64,000 nucleotides of DNA from positions 12,125 through 76,124 of the forward strand of contig JBBRPR010000042.1 of the NCBI GenBank assembly GCA_038227875.1. The letters are read 5' to 3'. Position 1 is the stretch's first letter. Each line of letters starts with the position of its first letter. Of this stretch, positions 39,511 to 49,721 are shown in pieces. A program made the position numbers and the translations under genes. The notes under the pieces are model-generated. The model did not search any database and was not told the DNA's origin. It worked only from the letters and a program-made list of their open reading frames with translations. Source of the DNA: Planctomycetota bacterium. Its GTDB lineage: Bacteria > Planctomycetota > SZUA-567 > H5-PLA8.

Positions 39511-40380
39511 TTACTTTGCTCCTAAGGTAGTCGTAGAAGCCACTGTTGCCGGGGGAGCCACATTCGGAGCATGATGCGGGGTCTGAACGTATTGACCTGG
39601 AACATGTATGGGCATCTGAACAGGGGCCGGCGCTGCGTGCGGAGGCACGCCGCCCTGCGCGCCCTGCGGCGTCGTGTTCATCACGCCGCTGGCGCGGACG
39701 ATCGCGCCGACGCGTTCGATGAAAATATCGCCCTGGTCTTCCAGACCTTCGATCTGCGAGACGAGGAAATTGTAGGCCATCACGGCGGGGATGGCGACGG
39801 CCAAGCCCGCGGCCGTGGCGATCAGCGAGGCCGAAATGCCCGGCGCGACCACGGCGATCGACGCCGACTTCATGTTACTCAGGTCGCGGAACGTATGCAT
39901 GATGCCCCAGACCGTACCGAACAATCCGATGAACGGCGACGTGGATCCGATCGTCGCCAGGAATCCCAGGCCCTTCTGCAGGCGCCCGAATTCCGCCGCG
40001 GCGGTGTGCTGCATGCTCATCGCGACCATGTCATCGGGGCTGCTTTCCGGATTGACCGAAATCTGGCGCGGGTCGGACGTCGCCGCCGTGGCCGCGCGGC
40101 GGCCTTCAAGCACCACCATTCCGGCCTTGAATATATTCGCCAGCGGCGACGGCCCGACGGTGTGAATCGTATTCATGATCGAGCCGAAGCGGTCGGCGCC
40201 GTCGAAGAGTTCCAGAAAGCGGATGCCGTTGCGGCGTGCGATGTGGATGTCGTAGGACTTCACGAACATCAGACACCACGAGATCAGCGAGAAGCCCAGC
40301 AGGAGAAAGAAGATCGCTTTTTCAATGCCGCCGGATTGGTTCACCGTCCGGCTCACGAGCGACCACAGGTTTTCTTCCAT
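39511..40380 (-). CDS. tolQ: TolQ/ExbB/MotA proton channel protein
   Basis: FLATIGSTSPFIGLFGTVWGIM and VAPGISASLIATAAGLAVAIPA. Confidence 0.85.
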   Translation of the reverse strand: MEENLWSLVSRTVNQSGGIEKAIFFLLLGFSLISWCLMFVKSYDIHIARRNGIRFLELFDGADRFGSIMNTIHTVGPSPLANIFKAGMVVLEGRRAATAATSDPRQISVNPESSPDDMVAMSMQHTAAAEFGRLQKGLGFLATIGSTSPFIGLFGTVWGIMHTFRDLSNMKSASIAVVAPGISASLIATAAGLAVAIPAVMAYNFLVSQIEGLEDQGDIFIERVGAIVRASGVMNTTPQGAQGGVPPHAAPAPVQMPIHVPGQYVQTPHHAPNVAPPATVASTTTLGAK

Positions 40381-40612
40381 ACGCGGCAGAACCTCAAAAA
40401 GGCGGCTGATGGGACTTTGTTTAGACGCGGCTCACGTCGCGGCCTTTACATTATCCGGTGCAGAATGGTTGTCAGGTTCAGGAATGTGCCCATTAGGTAC
40501 TACCGGTAACCCGCGCCAACGTTGCGCGGATTTCGGTCGCATTTAGCCCCACGAGGCAGTAATTTGATTCACCAATTATGTCCTTTTGCCTTTATTAATG
40601 AGGAGTTGCGTG

Positions 40613-41170
40613 ATGCCTATCCCGCCGCGAAAGCCACTGCGCCCCCACGTCCTGCCTTCAGCGCCCAAACCTCCGGGTGGAAATTCCGGCATCGCACCCG
40701 CCGCGCCAGCGCCGGCTGCCTACGATGCTGCTTCACCCAAGCCCGCACCGGCGCGGCGGCCGTTTGCCAAGCGGCGCGTCGTGGCGCGATCGGGCGACCG
40801 CAGCGATCGGCTCCTCAACGTCTTCATGATCCGGCTCGGCATCGGGGTTTTCGTACTGCTGCTCGGCGGGTTCGGAGGGCGCAGTCTGTTTTCGAGCTCC
40901 TCACCGAATCAGCGCTACTTCGACCAACTGGCCGAGCTCTCGCGGCTGGACGGCGAGCACAAGAGCGAGGAACTCGTACGGCGTCTCAAGGCGCTGCCGA
41001 TCTCGGGCGTCACCGATCCCAAGTTGCAGGAAATCCATCAGGTACTCATGGACCTCTTTGCGATGCCGGATGGGGAATTGAGCGACGAGGCCAAGGCGCG
41101 CGGTTTGGCCCTGTTGACGCGCATGCATCAGCTCCGCCAGGAATTGAACGCGAAATACGGCGGAAAGTAG
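40613..41170 (+). CDS. Hypothetical single-TM protein
   Basis: Pro-rich N-terminus, one TM, helical C-terminus, GAGGAG RBS. Confidence 0.65.
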   Translation: MPIPPRKPLRPHVLPSAPKPPGGNSGIAPAAPAPAAYDAASPKPAPARRPFAKRRVVARSGDRSDRLLNVFMIRLGIGVFVLLLGGFGGRSLFSSSSPNQRYFDQLAELSRLDGEHKSEELVRRLKALPISGVTDPKLQEIHQVLMDLFAMPDGELSDEAKARGLALLTRMHQLRQELNAKYGGK

Positions 41171-41230
41171 CGCTGTGAAAAAGCGTGACATCGTGTCTTC
41201 CGAAATTAGCATGAGTCACGAGGAGACGCG

Positions 41231-42004
41231 ATGCGCGGACGGTTGGTCCTACAGATTCTGTTGTTCTTACTGGTGCCGTTGAGCGCGTGCGCCGAAGATG
41301 CGTCCGCCGCTCGCCCCGCAGACGCTCCAACCACGGCTCCCGTTACGACTCCAGAGGCGAAGCCTGCCGAAGCGGGGCCCGCCCCTGCCACCGCCACCGC
41401 GCGGGAAGCGCGCGACGAGATTCGCCGCCTGATCTTCGACTTTACTTCCGACGATTGGCAGAAGCGCGAGAACGCCGTCGCGCGCGTGGTCGCTCATGAT
41501 CAGGCCGCCATGCCGGAGCTCGAAGCGGTCATCAAGAAAAGCGACGATCCGGAAGTCATCGTCCGCGCGCGCAAAGCCGTGATCGCGATCCGTGAGGCGC
41601 CGATCCGCGGGACGTTCACGCAGACGGATGCGAAAGTCACCGACGGGCAGGGCAACGTCCGCGACGGCGACACCAAGGACGGCTATCTCGTCGTCGGAGA
41701 CGGCCAGGTGACGTGGTACCAGCACTTCGGCGGCACGATGACGATGCAGACCTATAGCTACGACATCTCCCGCCGCCTGGAGTGGCCGCAGAATGACCAG
41801 CTCGATGTCCCGCTGACGTACGTGTCGATCGAAACGGAGATCGGCTACAGCCCCGAGAGCCACGACCCGAAACTGCAATTCCGCAAAACCGCATCCGGAG
41901 AATTGAAGATCAGCTTCGGCGGCACCGATGGCATGGGGCAGCGGATGAAGGCTGATTTTGTGAAGAAGGATAAGGCCCGTGAACAAGACCCGGACCGGAA
42001 GTAA
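41231..42004 (+). CDS. Hypothetical secreted protein (HEAT-like N domain plus beta-rich domain)
   Basis: Signal peptide, SDDWQKRENA...DDPEVIVRAR, GAGGAG RBS. Confidence 0.75.
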   Translation: MRGRLVLQILLFLLVPLSACAEDASAARPADAPTTAPVTTPEAKPAEAGPAPATATAREARDEIRRLIFDFTSDDWQKRENAVARVVAHDQAAMPELEAVIKKSDDPEVIVRARKAVIAIREAPIRGTFTQTDAKVTDGQGNVRDGDTKDGYLVVGDGQVTWYQHFGGTMTMQTYSYDISRRLEWPQNDQLDVPLTYVSIETEIGYSPESHDPKLQFRKTASGELKISFGGTDGMGQRMKADFVKKDKAREQDPDRK

Positions 42005-42007
42005 ACG

Positions 42008-43231
42008 CTAGCTTCGGTTCAAGTACGGCGACTTGTATCGGACTTCCAGAAAGCGCTCAGACCCGCCGAGCGGCGCCTGGATGTCGGCGATCAGTTGCAG
42101 GCATTGGTCCTGATCGATCAGGCGGTAGCCGTAGTCGGGCGCCAGCGACAGGCGGTCGTTGTTCCATGTCACAGACTCCACAGCGCAGGGCTTTTTAAAA
42201 CGCAGTGAGAGACTGAAGCGCTCGGGATTTTTTCCGTTGATCGTCTGTGAGGTCACGCGCACACGGGCCATGCCGTCGGCGCCATCGGCTCCACGATCGA
42301 CCATGGCGAAATTGTCGCGGAGGAAGCGTGAGGCTTCGATGCGGTTGGCGCGGCGCAGCGCGGCCGTGCGACCATGCGCGTAGAGGCCATTCAACCGCGA
42401 GCCGGAGATGAGACCGTTGTTGGGATATCCCGGCAAGCCCAGGCCGAAACGATCGCTGTTCCCGTAGCTCAGCAATGTCCGCAGCCGCGTAACGCCTACT
42501 TCGCACCATTCGCGCGCGGTGTAGTACCCTTCGATCGCCTCGAGGCCAAAGCCCAGCGTGTTCATCGTGAACGAGAGCTTTTCACCCAGGCGATTGGACG
42601 ACGAGCGCTGCGGGTCCAGCGTGCCGGGGAGTTTCGCCTCGCAGACGGGGTAGCCTTTTTTCTCGGCATCCAGCGCCGTCTCGTGTGCCATCATCGTGGT
42701 GAAGAATCCGTTGGGCGAAAAACCCAGCACCTTCTCCAGCCATACCCGGTCGTTCATGCTGCCGCCGGCCAGGCCGTGAATGTCGACGTGAAGGTCCGGC
42801 TGGAATTCCGTGGCGAATAGATCCAGGCCGCGGCTTTCCGGAGAAATCGGCACGCCTTCGAACGGAAAATCGTGAGCGGTGTTGACGTCGTCGGCGTTGT
42901 GATAGGTGTCGGCCTGCGCGCCATCAGGATTGCAGCACGGCACGATAGCGATGATCTGCTGGCGGAGCAGGTCGCTGGCTTCCTTCTCGCCGGACTCCAG
43001 AAATTGCATCAGCGCGATGGCAATGGCGCGGCCGCTTTCCTCCGAGCCGTGCTGGCCGGCGATGATCAGCGCGCGCTGCTTCTGATCATCCGAAATTTCC
43101 GGATCGGTAAAGACCACGGCCGGAATTTCGCGATGCTGGACCGATTCGGCAATGCGGCGGACGCGTGCGTAGCGGGCGCCTTTTTCCAGGCTTCCGACAC
43201 TTTTCATCACGTCGTCGTGGTCCGGCCGCAT
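42008..43231 (-). CDS. M14 family zinc carboxypeptidase
   Basis: AGQHGSE, NPDG and VDIHG zinc-binding motifs. Confidence 0.82.
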   Translation of the reverse strand: MRPDHDDVMKSVGSLEKGARYARVRRIAESVQHREIPAVVFTDPEISDDQKQRALIIAGQHGSEESGRAIAIALMQFLESGEKEASDLLRQQIIAIVPCCNPDGAQADTYHNADDVNTAHDFPFEGVPISPESRGLDLFATEFQPDLHVDIHGLAGGSMNDRVWLEKVLGFSPNGFFTTMMAHETALDAEKKGYPVCEAKLPGTLDPQRSSSNRLGEKLSFTMNTLGFGLEAIEGYYTAREWCEVGVTRLRTLLSYGNSDRFGLGLPGYPNNGLISGSRLNGLYAHGRTAALRRANRIEASRFLRDNFAMVDRGADGADGMARVRVTSQTINGKNPERFSLSLRFKKPCAVESVTWNNDRLSLAPDYGYRLIDQDQCLQLIADIQAPLGGSERFLEVRYKSPYLNRS

Positions 43232-43331
43232 GAGCGCTCTCCCAAGCTTATTCTACATACAGTACGATCGTTCTCTATAAAGTACACCGGGAAGTGCGGG
43301 TGGCAAGACGGAAATCGTCAGTGATTTCAGA

Positions 43332-45920
43332 CTAAAAATCCGAGGTCGGCTTGGCCGGGCCGGGGACTTCCTTGCCGTCGGCGGTGGGCTCGAAGACATA
43401 CACATCTCCGCCGAAGGTGAACGCGAAGAGCGCGCCATCGGGGCTCCACACGCTGTTCTCGGGGGACTCGCCGGCCGTAGTGACTTTGAACGCACGTATC
43501 GGACGCGCGGAGTTCATGAAGATCAGGATTTGCCGTTCGCCCGGTTCGAGCAGATAGGCCTTGGGGCGTGTCACGAGCGCGAAACGGTCGAGCGCGGGAT
43601 GGTGGAAATCCGTGTCCGGATAAACGATGTGACCGGCCCACGTGCCAGGCAGCCCCAACTCCGCGGCGAGATTCACTGCTTTGCCGCCGAAGGGAAGTGA
43701 CCAGACGCCGTGCAGCTTATTGGCGCTCGATCGGTCGCCGATGTACGCGGTGTCCTCCGTATCGACCACCGACAACTGCTGGCTCAGCGACATCAGCGCG
43801 ACGGGTCCCACGCGTGGCCAGTGGAGTTCGCCCAGGTTCAGCGCGGTGAGTTTCTCGTCTTTCACATCGAGCACGAATTCTGATTCGCGCACGGGCGTCC
43901 AGACGCTCCACGGCGCACCGACCTCGTATTTGAATTGATGAAACGCTGAGAGCAGCACGAAGCGGCCGTCGGCGGAGGTGAGACGTGGCCAAACGTCAGC
44001 GTCGTTGAGCACGTTGGTGTCGAGCGCGATGTGTTTGACGACCTTGCCCGAAGCGTCGAGCACTTCGAGCGCCTCCGCGCTGCGCGACTTTTTCGTGCCC
44101 TGCGTCCGAGGCGCGGCTGGCGCTTTTTGCGGATCGTCATGGGCGGACGGCACAACAGGCTTCACAGGTTTAGCGGGCTGATCGGTCTTATCGGACGCAG
44201 GTTCGACTTTCGCGAGCACGCGGCGCAGCCGTTGCTGCTCGGGCAGTTGCCACAGCGCATCGTTGTCCTGCGGTTCGCGGAAAGCGTATTCGACAAAACC
44301 CGAGCCGGGGGAAAGAACGTCCGTGCGTTCGGCTTCGAATTTTTCCGCCGCCGGATCATAGAGCCACGCGCGCCGGTCTACGTCCGCACTGAAGCGCTCA
44401 CCCGAACTCCAACTCGTGTTCAACTTTAACCTGCCGTCCACCGACCAGCCGTTGGGAAACGTGTTGAGTTTTAAATTTGCTGCTCCCGGTGGCGGTGCGG
44501 GCGGCGCTAGCCGCTTTGCCGCGGAGCCGTCGAACGCTGCGACAAAGACTTCATAACCGTGATGCGATCCGTCGGCGCGCGTGCAATACCACGCCGCATG
44601 GCCGCCGTCCGGCGAGACGATAAGATTGATCGGATTGGAGTAGGTCTTGCGATCAAGGCCGCTGATTTTCGTCGCAGCCCCCTTGGCGTCGAAAACCATC
44701 AACACCTCGTCTCCTTCGGCCAGCACGCGGTCACCGGAGATCCAGTGCGCGCTGCCGCCTTTGCCGGCATACCCCGCTCGCACCGCGATTTTTCCGGTGG
44801 CGACGTCGAGTTCATTCACACTGAGCGTGTAGACCGGGTATCCGCCCGCTTCCTTCCCGGTCGTAACGCCGGTCAGAAAGAGGAGCTTGCTGTGATCGGC
44901 GTTCCATTCCAGTCCGGAGTCTATGCGGCTGGAGGCGATGAGGTTCGGCGGCAGCTTCGTCTTCACGATCATGTTTCCGCCGGTGGGCACGAACGCGGTT
45001 TTCTTCGAAGCTGGCTTCGGTGGCGGCGCGTCATCGCGAAAATCGGGCGCGATCCCCGGCGCGGGCGCGGCCGCAGCGGAGTTCCCGGCCGCTCCGCCAT
45101 GGGCCAACGCCCGGTATACCTGCGGCACTGCCGCGGCGAGCACCAGCAACGCAACAAGACTCAGCGCGACGGATTTCACTTTCGTCCAGAAGACCACGTG
45201 GAGAAAACTTTTGGCCATCGCCGCTGCTCCGGCATTGGCGCTCTGCAGGCACGCACCAGCCAGCCCTGCCGGCGCGGTGCCCAGCGCGTGAGCGCTGAGT
45301 TGCTCCGTGAGCAGGGCCGCCGAGGTGGTCAGGCCCGCGGCCGCGAATTCCGCGCGCAACTTTTCCAGCGCGAGACTGACACGGCTGTTGAGCGTCTTGA
45401 GCGGGCAGCCGAGCTCCGCCGCCGCTTCGTCGCGCGCGCGGCCTTCCAGGAAACAGAGCACGATCGCATCGCGCTGCGCTTCCGGCAGTTTTGCCAGCGC
45501 CGTGTCGAGCTTCGGGCGGAGCTGCTCCCACAACACGTCCGTATTTTCCTGCACGCTCTGGATTTTCATCGCCGCCGCCTCCCGCTCGTGGCGCTCCCGC
45601 CGCGCGGCCATGCGCCGCGCGTTGGATGCCACACCCAGAGCGGTCTGGTACAGCCAGCCGGCGACCACGGTTCCCGCCGGCAGCGATGGGGCTTTCTGCG
45701 AAAAAATCAGGAACACCGCCTGCGACGCATCCTCCGCCGCATGGCTGTCGTTCAACACGCGCAGGCACGCCGCGTAAACCGAGCCGGCATGACGGTCGAC
45801 GAGCTGCGAAAAGACCGCCGCTTCGCCGCGCTGCTGATACGTGTGAAAGAGTTCCCGATCGGTCATCGCTGAAAGTGCCGGATCGTCCGCCGCATGAAGT
45901 ACCGCCGCCAGTCCGCTCAT
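43332..45920 (-). CDS. ECF sigma factor with TM and a TolB/WD40-like C-terminal extension
   Basis: Sigma2 (DRELF, AEDASQAVF, GWLY), sigma4 (LPEAQRDAIVL, AAELG), TM, and propeller motifs (VSPDG, WSPDG). Confidence 0.88.
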   Translation of the reverse strand: MSGLAAVLHAADDPALSAMTDRELFHTYQQRGEAAVFSQLVDRHAGSVYAACLRVLNDSHAAEDASQAVFLIFSQKAPSLPAGTVVAGWLYQTALGVASNARRMAARRERHEREAAAMKIQSVQENTDVLWEQLRPKLDTALAKLPEAQRDAIVLCFLEGRARDEAAAELGCPLKTLNSRVSLALEKLRAEFAAAGLTTSAALLTEQLSAHALGTAPAGLAGACLQSANAGAAAMAKSFLHVVFWTKVKSVALSLVALLVLAAAVPQVYRALAHGGAAGNSAAAAPAPGIAPDFRDDAPPPKPASKKTAFVPTGGNMIVKTKLPPNLIASSRIDSGLEWNADHSKLLFLTGVTTGKEAGGYPVYTLSVNELDVATGKIAVRAGYAGKGGSAHWISGDRVLAEGDEVLMVFDAKGAATKISGLDRKTYSNPINLIVSPDGGHAAWYCTRADGSHHGYEVFVAAFDGSAAKRLAPPAPPPGAANLKLNTFPNGWSVDGRLKLNTSWSSGERFSADVDRRAWLYDPAAEKFEAERTDVLSPGSGFVEYAFREPQDNDALWQLPEQQRLRRVLAKVEPASDKTDQPAKPVKPVVPSAHDDPQKAPAAPRTQGTKKSRSAEALEVLDASGKVVKHIALDTNVLNDADVWPRLTSADGRFVLLSAFHQFKYEVGAPWSVWTPVRESEFVLDVKDEKLTALNLGELHWPRVGPVALMSLSQQLSVVDTEDTAYIGDRSSANKLHGVWSLPFGGKAVNLAAELGLPGTWAGHIVYPDTDFHHPALDRFALVTRPKAYLLEPGERQILIFMNSARPIRAFKVTTAGESPENSVWSPDGALFAFTFGGDVYVFEPTADGKEVPGPAKPTSDF

Positions 45921-45971
45921 ACCCTATCATGTACGGTCGGCGGACGCGGCTTAAAGATTGTTGAGAATAGT

Positions 45972-46379
45972 TTACGCCTTCGGCGGGTCGATCTTCTGAA
46001 CGTTGATCTTGCGGGAGCTGAGCAGGTGGTCGCCGGACCAGAATTCGACCGCGAACAAGCCCGGCGTGTCGAAACGGATGCCGTTGAGCTGGAAGACCAG
46101 TTCGCCGACGCTGGTCGGTCCGGCGAATTCGATTTCGCCGGGGAGTTCGAAGACCACGTCGCCGCTGGTCAGCGACGTGATCCGCAGCTTGCTGGTGTGG
46201 CGGCCGCGGCCTTCGGTAATCGCGATGTAGACCCAGAACGTGCCGTGGACGCAGGGAAAATTCGCCGACGACAGGCTGTTGAACGTGCCGATCAGCGAGA
46301 GCTTGTTGGTGCCCTGCTCACGAATGATCGTGTCGCAGAGCACCAGCGCCAGCAGAATCGGCTTGATCGTTGTCGCCAT
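45972..46379 (-). CDS. DUF6941-like hypothetical protein
   Basis: LVLCDTIIRE..TNKLSLIGTF and FDTPGLFAVE. Confidence 0.7.
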   Translation of the reverse strand: MATTIKPILLALVLCDTIIREQGTNKLSLIGTFNSLSSANFPCVHGTFWVYIAITEGRGRHTSKLRITSLTSGDVVFELPGEIEFAGPTSVGELVFQLNGIRFDTPGLFAVEFWSGDHLLSSRKINVQKIDPPKA

Positions 46380-46388
46380 GAGTGTCCT

Positions 46389-47672
46389 TTACTTCTTAGC
46401 CTGTTCCCATGCCGGACACTTCTTCGACAACAGTTTCCGTTTCAGGCGCACGTACTGCGGCAGGCCGTCGGCGCCCATCGGAACTTTCGCTTCGCCCTGC
46501 ACCAGCGGCGTGAGGTACTGGCGGAACTTCTTCGAAATGTGCGTGCCGGCTTCGTTCATGTATTCGCGCGGCAGCAGGGATTCGCCGTTGGCCACGTCGG
46601 AGAGCTTCGCCAGGCCAGTCGTGCAGGAGTACGGATTGTTCTTCTCACGGACGAGCGTGACCATGTAGCCGGTCGTGCCCTTGAGCGCCGCGCGGACGGC
46701 CGCCTGGCCGCAGAGGTACGCTTCGTCGACGTCGGTCTTGCTGGCCCAGTGCGCGCCGTTGCGCTGCAGTGTGCCGGGCTTGTTGCGGCGCGCTTTCACG
46801 CCGACTTCGCGTTCGATGAAATCGCCGATGAATTCGCCGACGCCGCCCAACTGCTTGTGGCCGAATGCGTCCTTGCCGAACGAGCCGCCGATTTCCGACA
46901 GGTATTCGCCCTTCTCGTTCTTGCAGCCTTCGCAGACCACGACAACGCAGCGGCCCAGGTCCTTCAACACCGCGCGGATCTGGTTGGCCATGTCGTTGAG
47001 CGACATTTTGATTTCCGGCACGTAGATCAGGTGCGGACCGTCCTCTTCCGTGCGCTGCGCCAGTCCGGTCGATGCGGCGATCCAGCCGGCGTTGCGGCCC
47101 ATCACTTCCTGTACGGTCGTGGTGTCGGTGGTGTAAAGCGCTTCGGTGTCGCGCGCGGCTTCCATCACCATCGTCGCGTTGTACTTCGCCACCGAACCGT
47201 AGCCGGGGCAGTGGTCGGTATGCGCCAGATCGTTGTCGATGGTCTTGGGAATGCCGACGGCGCAGAGCTCATACCCGCGCGACTTGGCTAGGTTTGCGAC
47301 CTTGTCGGCGGTGTCCATGCTGTCGTTGCCGCCCGCGTAGAAAAAGTAGCGGATGTTGTGCGCTTCAAAGACCTGCAGGATGCGGCCGTAATCGGCTTCG
47401 GTTTTGACCTTGTACCGGCAGGAACCCGCCGCGGCGGCCGGGGCGCTTTTCAGGCCTTTCAAGTCGTCGGGGTTTTCCTTGCCGAAGTCGAAGAGTTCCT
47501 CCTGCAGCACACCGAGAATGCCATTCTTGGCGCCGAGCAGTTTGGTGAAGACCTTGGGGCTTTTCATCGCCTCAAGAACCGCGCCCGCCATGGAAGAATT
47601 GATGACCGTGGTCGGTCCGCCGGACTGCGCAAAAACAGCGGCGCCGGTAAGTACGCTCTGGGTGGAAGCCAT
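46389..47672 (-). CDS. pfp: 6-phosphofructokinase, probably PPi-dependent
   Basis: QSGGPT, GGNDSMD, PKTIDNDL and EVMGRNAGW. Confidence 0.88.
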   Translation of the reverse strand: MASTQSVLTGAAVFAQSGGPTTVINSSMAGAVLEAMKSPKVFTKLLGAKNGILGVLQEELFDFGKENPDDLKGLKSAPAAAAGSCRYKVKTEADYGRILQVFEAHNIRYFFYAGGNDSMDTADKVANLAKSRGYELCAVGIPKTIDNDLAHTDHCPGYGSVAKYNATMVMEAARDTEALYTTDTTTVQEVMGRNAGWIAASTGLAQRTEEDGPHLIYVPEIKMSLNDMANQIRAVLKDLGRCVVVVCEGCKNEKGEYLSEIGGSFGKDAFGHKQLGGVGEFIGDFIEREVGVKARRNKPGTLQRNGAHWASKTDVDEAYLCGQAAVRAALKGTTGYMVTLVREKNNPYSCTTGLAKLSDVANGESLLPREYMNEAGTHISKKFRQYLTPLVQGEAKVPMGADGLPQYVRLKRKLLSKKCPAWEQAKK

Positions 47673-47821
47673 GGTTATGCGATGATCCCCTGCTTAAGAA
47701 GTGGCGCGAACCTCCATGCCCGCGCGACACGCGCAATCTACGACGGCGGCGGGAAGTTTGCACAGACAAAATGAAGTGGCAGAAAGTGAATTTGCCATGG
47801 CGATAAAGCCGGCAAGCCATG

Positions 47822-47848
47822 AAAAAGCCCGGCCGAAGCCGGGCTTTT
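47822..47848 (-). terminator. Rho-independent terminator
   Basis: On the minus strand AAAAGCCCGGC-TTCG-GCCGGGCTTTTT; nearly identical to 22053-22082. Confidence 0.85.
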
Positions 47849-47866
47849 CCAGTGCATGCGCGCGGC

Positions 47867-48868
47867 TTATTTTTCGCCGTTGTCCTCACTGGATTCGTCG
47901 AGCTCCGTATTGGGCGAATCGGCGGAATCTTCAACGCCGCTGATCTTGCCGCCGCCTTTCAGATCCTTTTTCTTGGGATCCTTCTGCCGCGCCAGGCCCA
48001 CGTCGACCTTCAATGCAGAACGGTCGAGGCCCAATTGCAGGCCATCCACGTGATGTTGCCGACGGGCATTCAGCCACGCCAGCACTGCGGCTTCGAGGCT
48101 GGGCGTGCCCAATGCGGCGCGCATGGTGTTCCGCGCCGTGGTGATCGCAACGTCGTCGCTCAGCCACTTCGCACGATCCGAAAGGAAAGTGCTGACATGA
48201 GCCGTCAAATCGTCGCTCTTGGACGGTTTCACCAGCGCTAACTTCTGCCCCTTGAATTTGACGTCCTTCTTGATCGTCTGTACGTCCGCCGCTTCATTCA
48301 GGCGAGCCTGCGCGGCCGTAAACCGGTCTTTGAAGAACTGATTTGAATTGGAAGTCACGCCGGCCTTGTCCTGCGCGAGGATGGCAATTCTCAAGCCCGC
48401 GAGATCGGATTCCACGGCCGCTTCCGCGGCGACGCGCGTGTCGAAATCTTTGAAGTACGCGGTCACCGCAGTGTTCAAATCGGACGATCCGCGGCCCGGC
48501 TTGATCAACGGACCCGTCTGGGGATTGTTATCGACCCGCAGCTGGCGTCGATCATGATGCAACGTCTCAATCTGATTCGCCGCCGTGGAGCGATCCGAGA
48601 AGAATTTCTTCACGTCGGCGGTCAGCGCCGTGGTGTTCTGGAGATCGATGACGAACGTGTTGCGATCTGCAGAGATGTCCGCTTGGGATGAATGGTGCAG
48701 ATCCTGATCCTTGATAAAGGTCGAACTGTCATCCAGCGCATCGTGAGCGACCGGATCGTCTGCGCCATTCTTGAACGGTTCCGCTGCGCTGCCCTGCGAC
48801 GCCATCAGCGCGATTCCCAGAAATGCGACGTACGAAATAATTCTCGCCGAACCTGAATGCTTTTTCAT
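47867..48868 (-). CDS. Secreted helical-repeat hypothetical protein (paralogue of 21037..22029)
   Basis: Colinear with 21037..22029; ends LDESSEDNGEK versus LDESSDDNGEK. Confidence 0.85.
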   Translation of the reverse strand: MKKHSGSARIISYVAFLGIALMASQGSAAEPFKNGADDPVAHDALDDSSTFIKDQDLHHSSQADISADRNTFVIDLQNTTALTADVKKFFSDRSTAANQIETLHHDRRQLRVDNNPQTGPLIKPGRGSSDLNTAVTAYFKDFDTRVAAEAAVESDLAGLRIAILAQDKAGVTSNSNQFFKDRFTAAQARLNEAADVQTIKKDVKFKGQKLALVKPSKSDDLTAHVSTFLSDRAKWLSDDVAITTARNTMRAALGTPSLEAAVLAWLNARRQHHVDGLQLGLDRSALKVDVGLARQKDPKKKDLKGGGKISGVEDSADSPNTELDESSEDNGEK

Positions 48869-49073
48869 GACTTACCTCTATTCGTGTCGTTGGCTCAGAA
48901 GTGATCGATGACCACGGAAACAGCTATTTGGTGAACCAAATTTGGTGGTGAGGTTACTGATCGTTTGCAATTGTGTCGAAAGAGTCCTCCGCACATTTGC
49001 GAATCGAGAATCAATCTTAGGAATCGATATGTATTGCGACGCTCATTGAAACGGAAAAGTCTCGCGAGTCGCG

Positions 49074-49721
49074 TCAGGCATGTGCGCCCCCAAGATTGGC
49101 GCGGGCGTGCGCGCGGAAGGCGCGGTCGATGGGGATGGTGGGGAGAACGACTTGAGCGACGAAAGTAAAGATCGTTAGGAGCGAGATGTACGCGAGGTGT
49201 TCCTTGCTCTGAGACCTGCCCGGAAAAAAATATGGAGTGTTGCTTAGGTACCAGTGAAGAGTTTCGAACACACTGGGAAGTACGCCCATAATCGCCAGCA
49301 AGATGCATCGAGCTCTGGAACACGTTGCGCGATAAAGGACGCACAGCAAAAATCCGAGCATGGAAGCTTGTACCAGGGTCGGAAAGACTTCGTAGATGAG
49401 CAGGGCGGTCCTAAATTGGACAATTCCTTTTGTCAGCGGAAAAACATTGAACTGAATGACGCAAGTCACCCCGGTAAGCGCCATTGCCATCGCCCCTGTC
49501 CGAAGAAATGCGGATGCGTTTCGTACGCAAAGCAGCGGACCGCTCAACAACAAGAAGCAAATCAGAAATTGCTTAACGCAATGAAGAAAGGCAACACTGA
49601 ACCAGACATGATATTGGAAATGCCAAAATACTCTGTCCACAGCCGCTGCCAGCGCCCCCGACAACAGCGCACACGCCAGCGGCGTGCGGAACAGTCCAGC
49701 CGGCGGATTCGCGTCAGGCAT
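49074..49721 (-). CDS. Hypothetical multi-pass membrane protein (tandem paralogue A)
   Basis: About 6 hydrophobic segments; termini shared with the neighbouring gene. Confidence 0.75.
   Translation of the reverse strand: MPDANPPAGLFRTPLACALLSGALAAAVDRVFWHFQYHVWFSVAFLHCVKQFLICFLLLSGPLLCVRNASAFLRTGAMAMALTGVTCVIQFNVFPLTKGIVQFRTALLIYEVFPTLVQASMLGFLLCVLYRATCSRARCILLAIMGVLPSVFETLHWYLSNTPYFFPGRSQSKEHLAYISLLTIFTFVAQVVLPTIPIDRAFRAHARANLGGAHA

Noticed and set aside
21037..48868. Invertible segment or composite transposon bounded by the inverted paralogues
   Set aside because: The copies are substantially diverged at DNA level, and there is no recombinase or transposase in the window.
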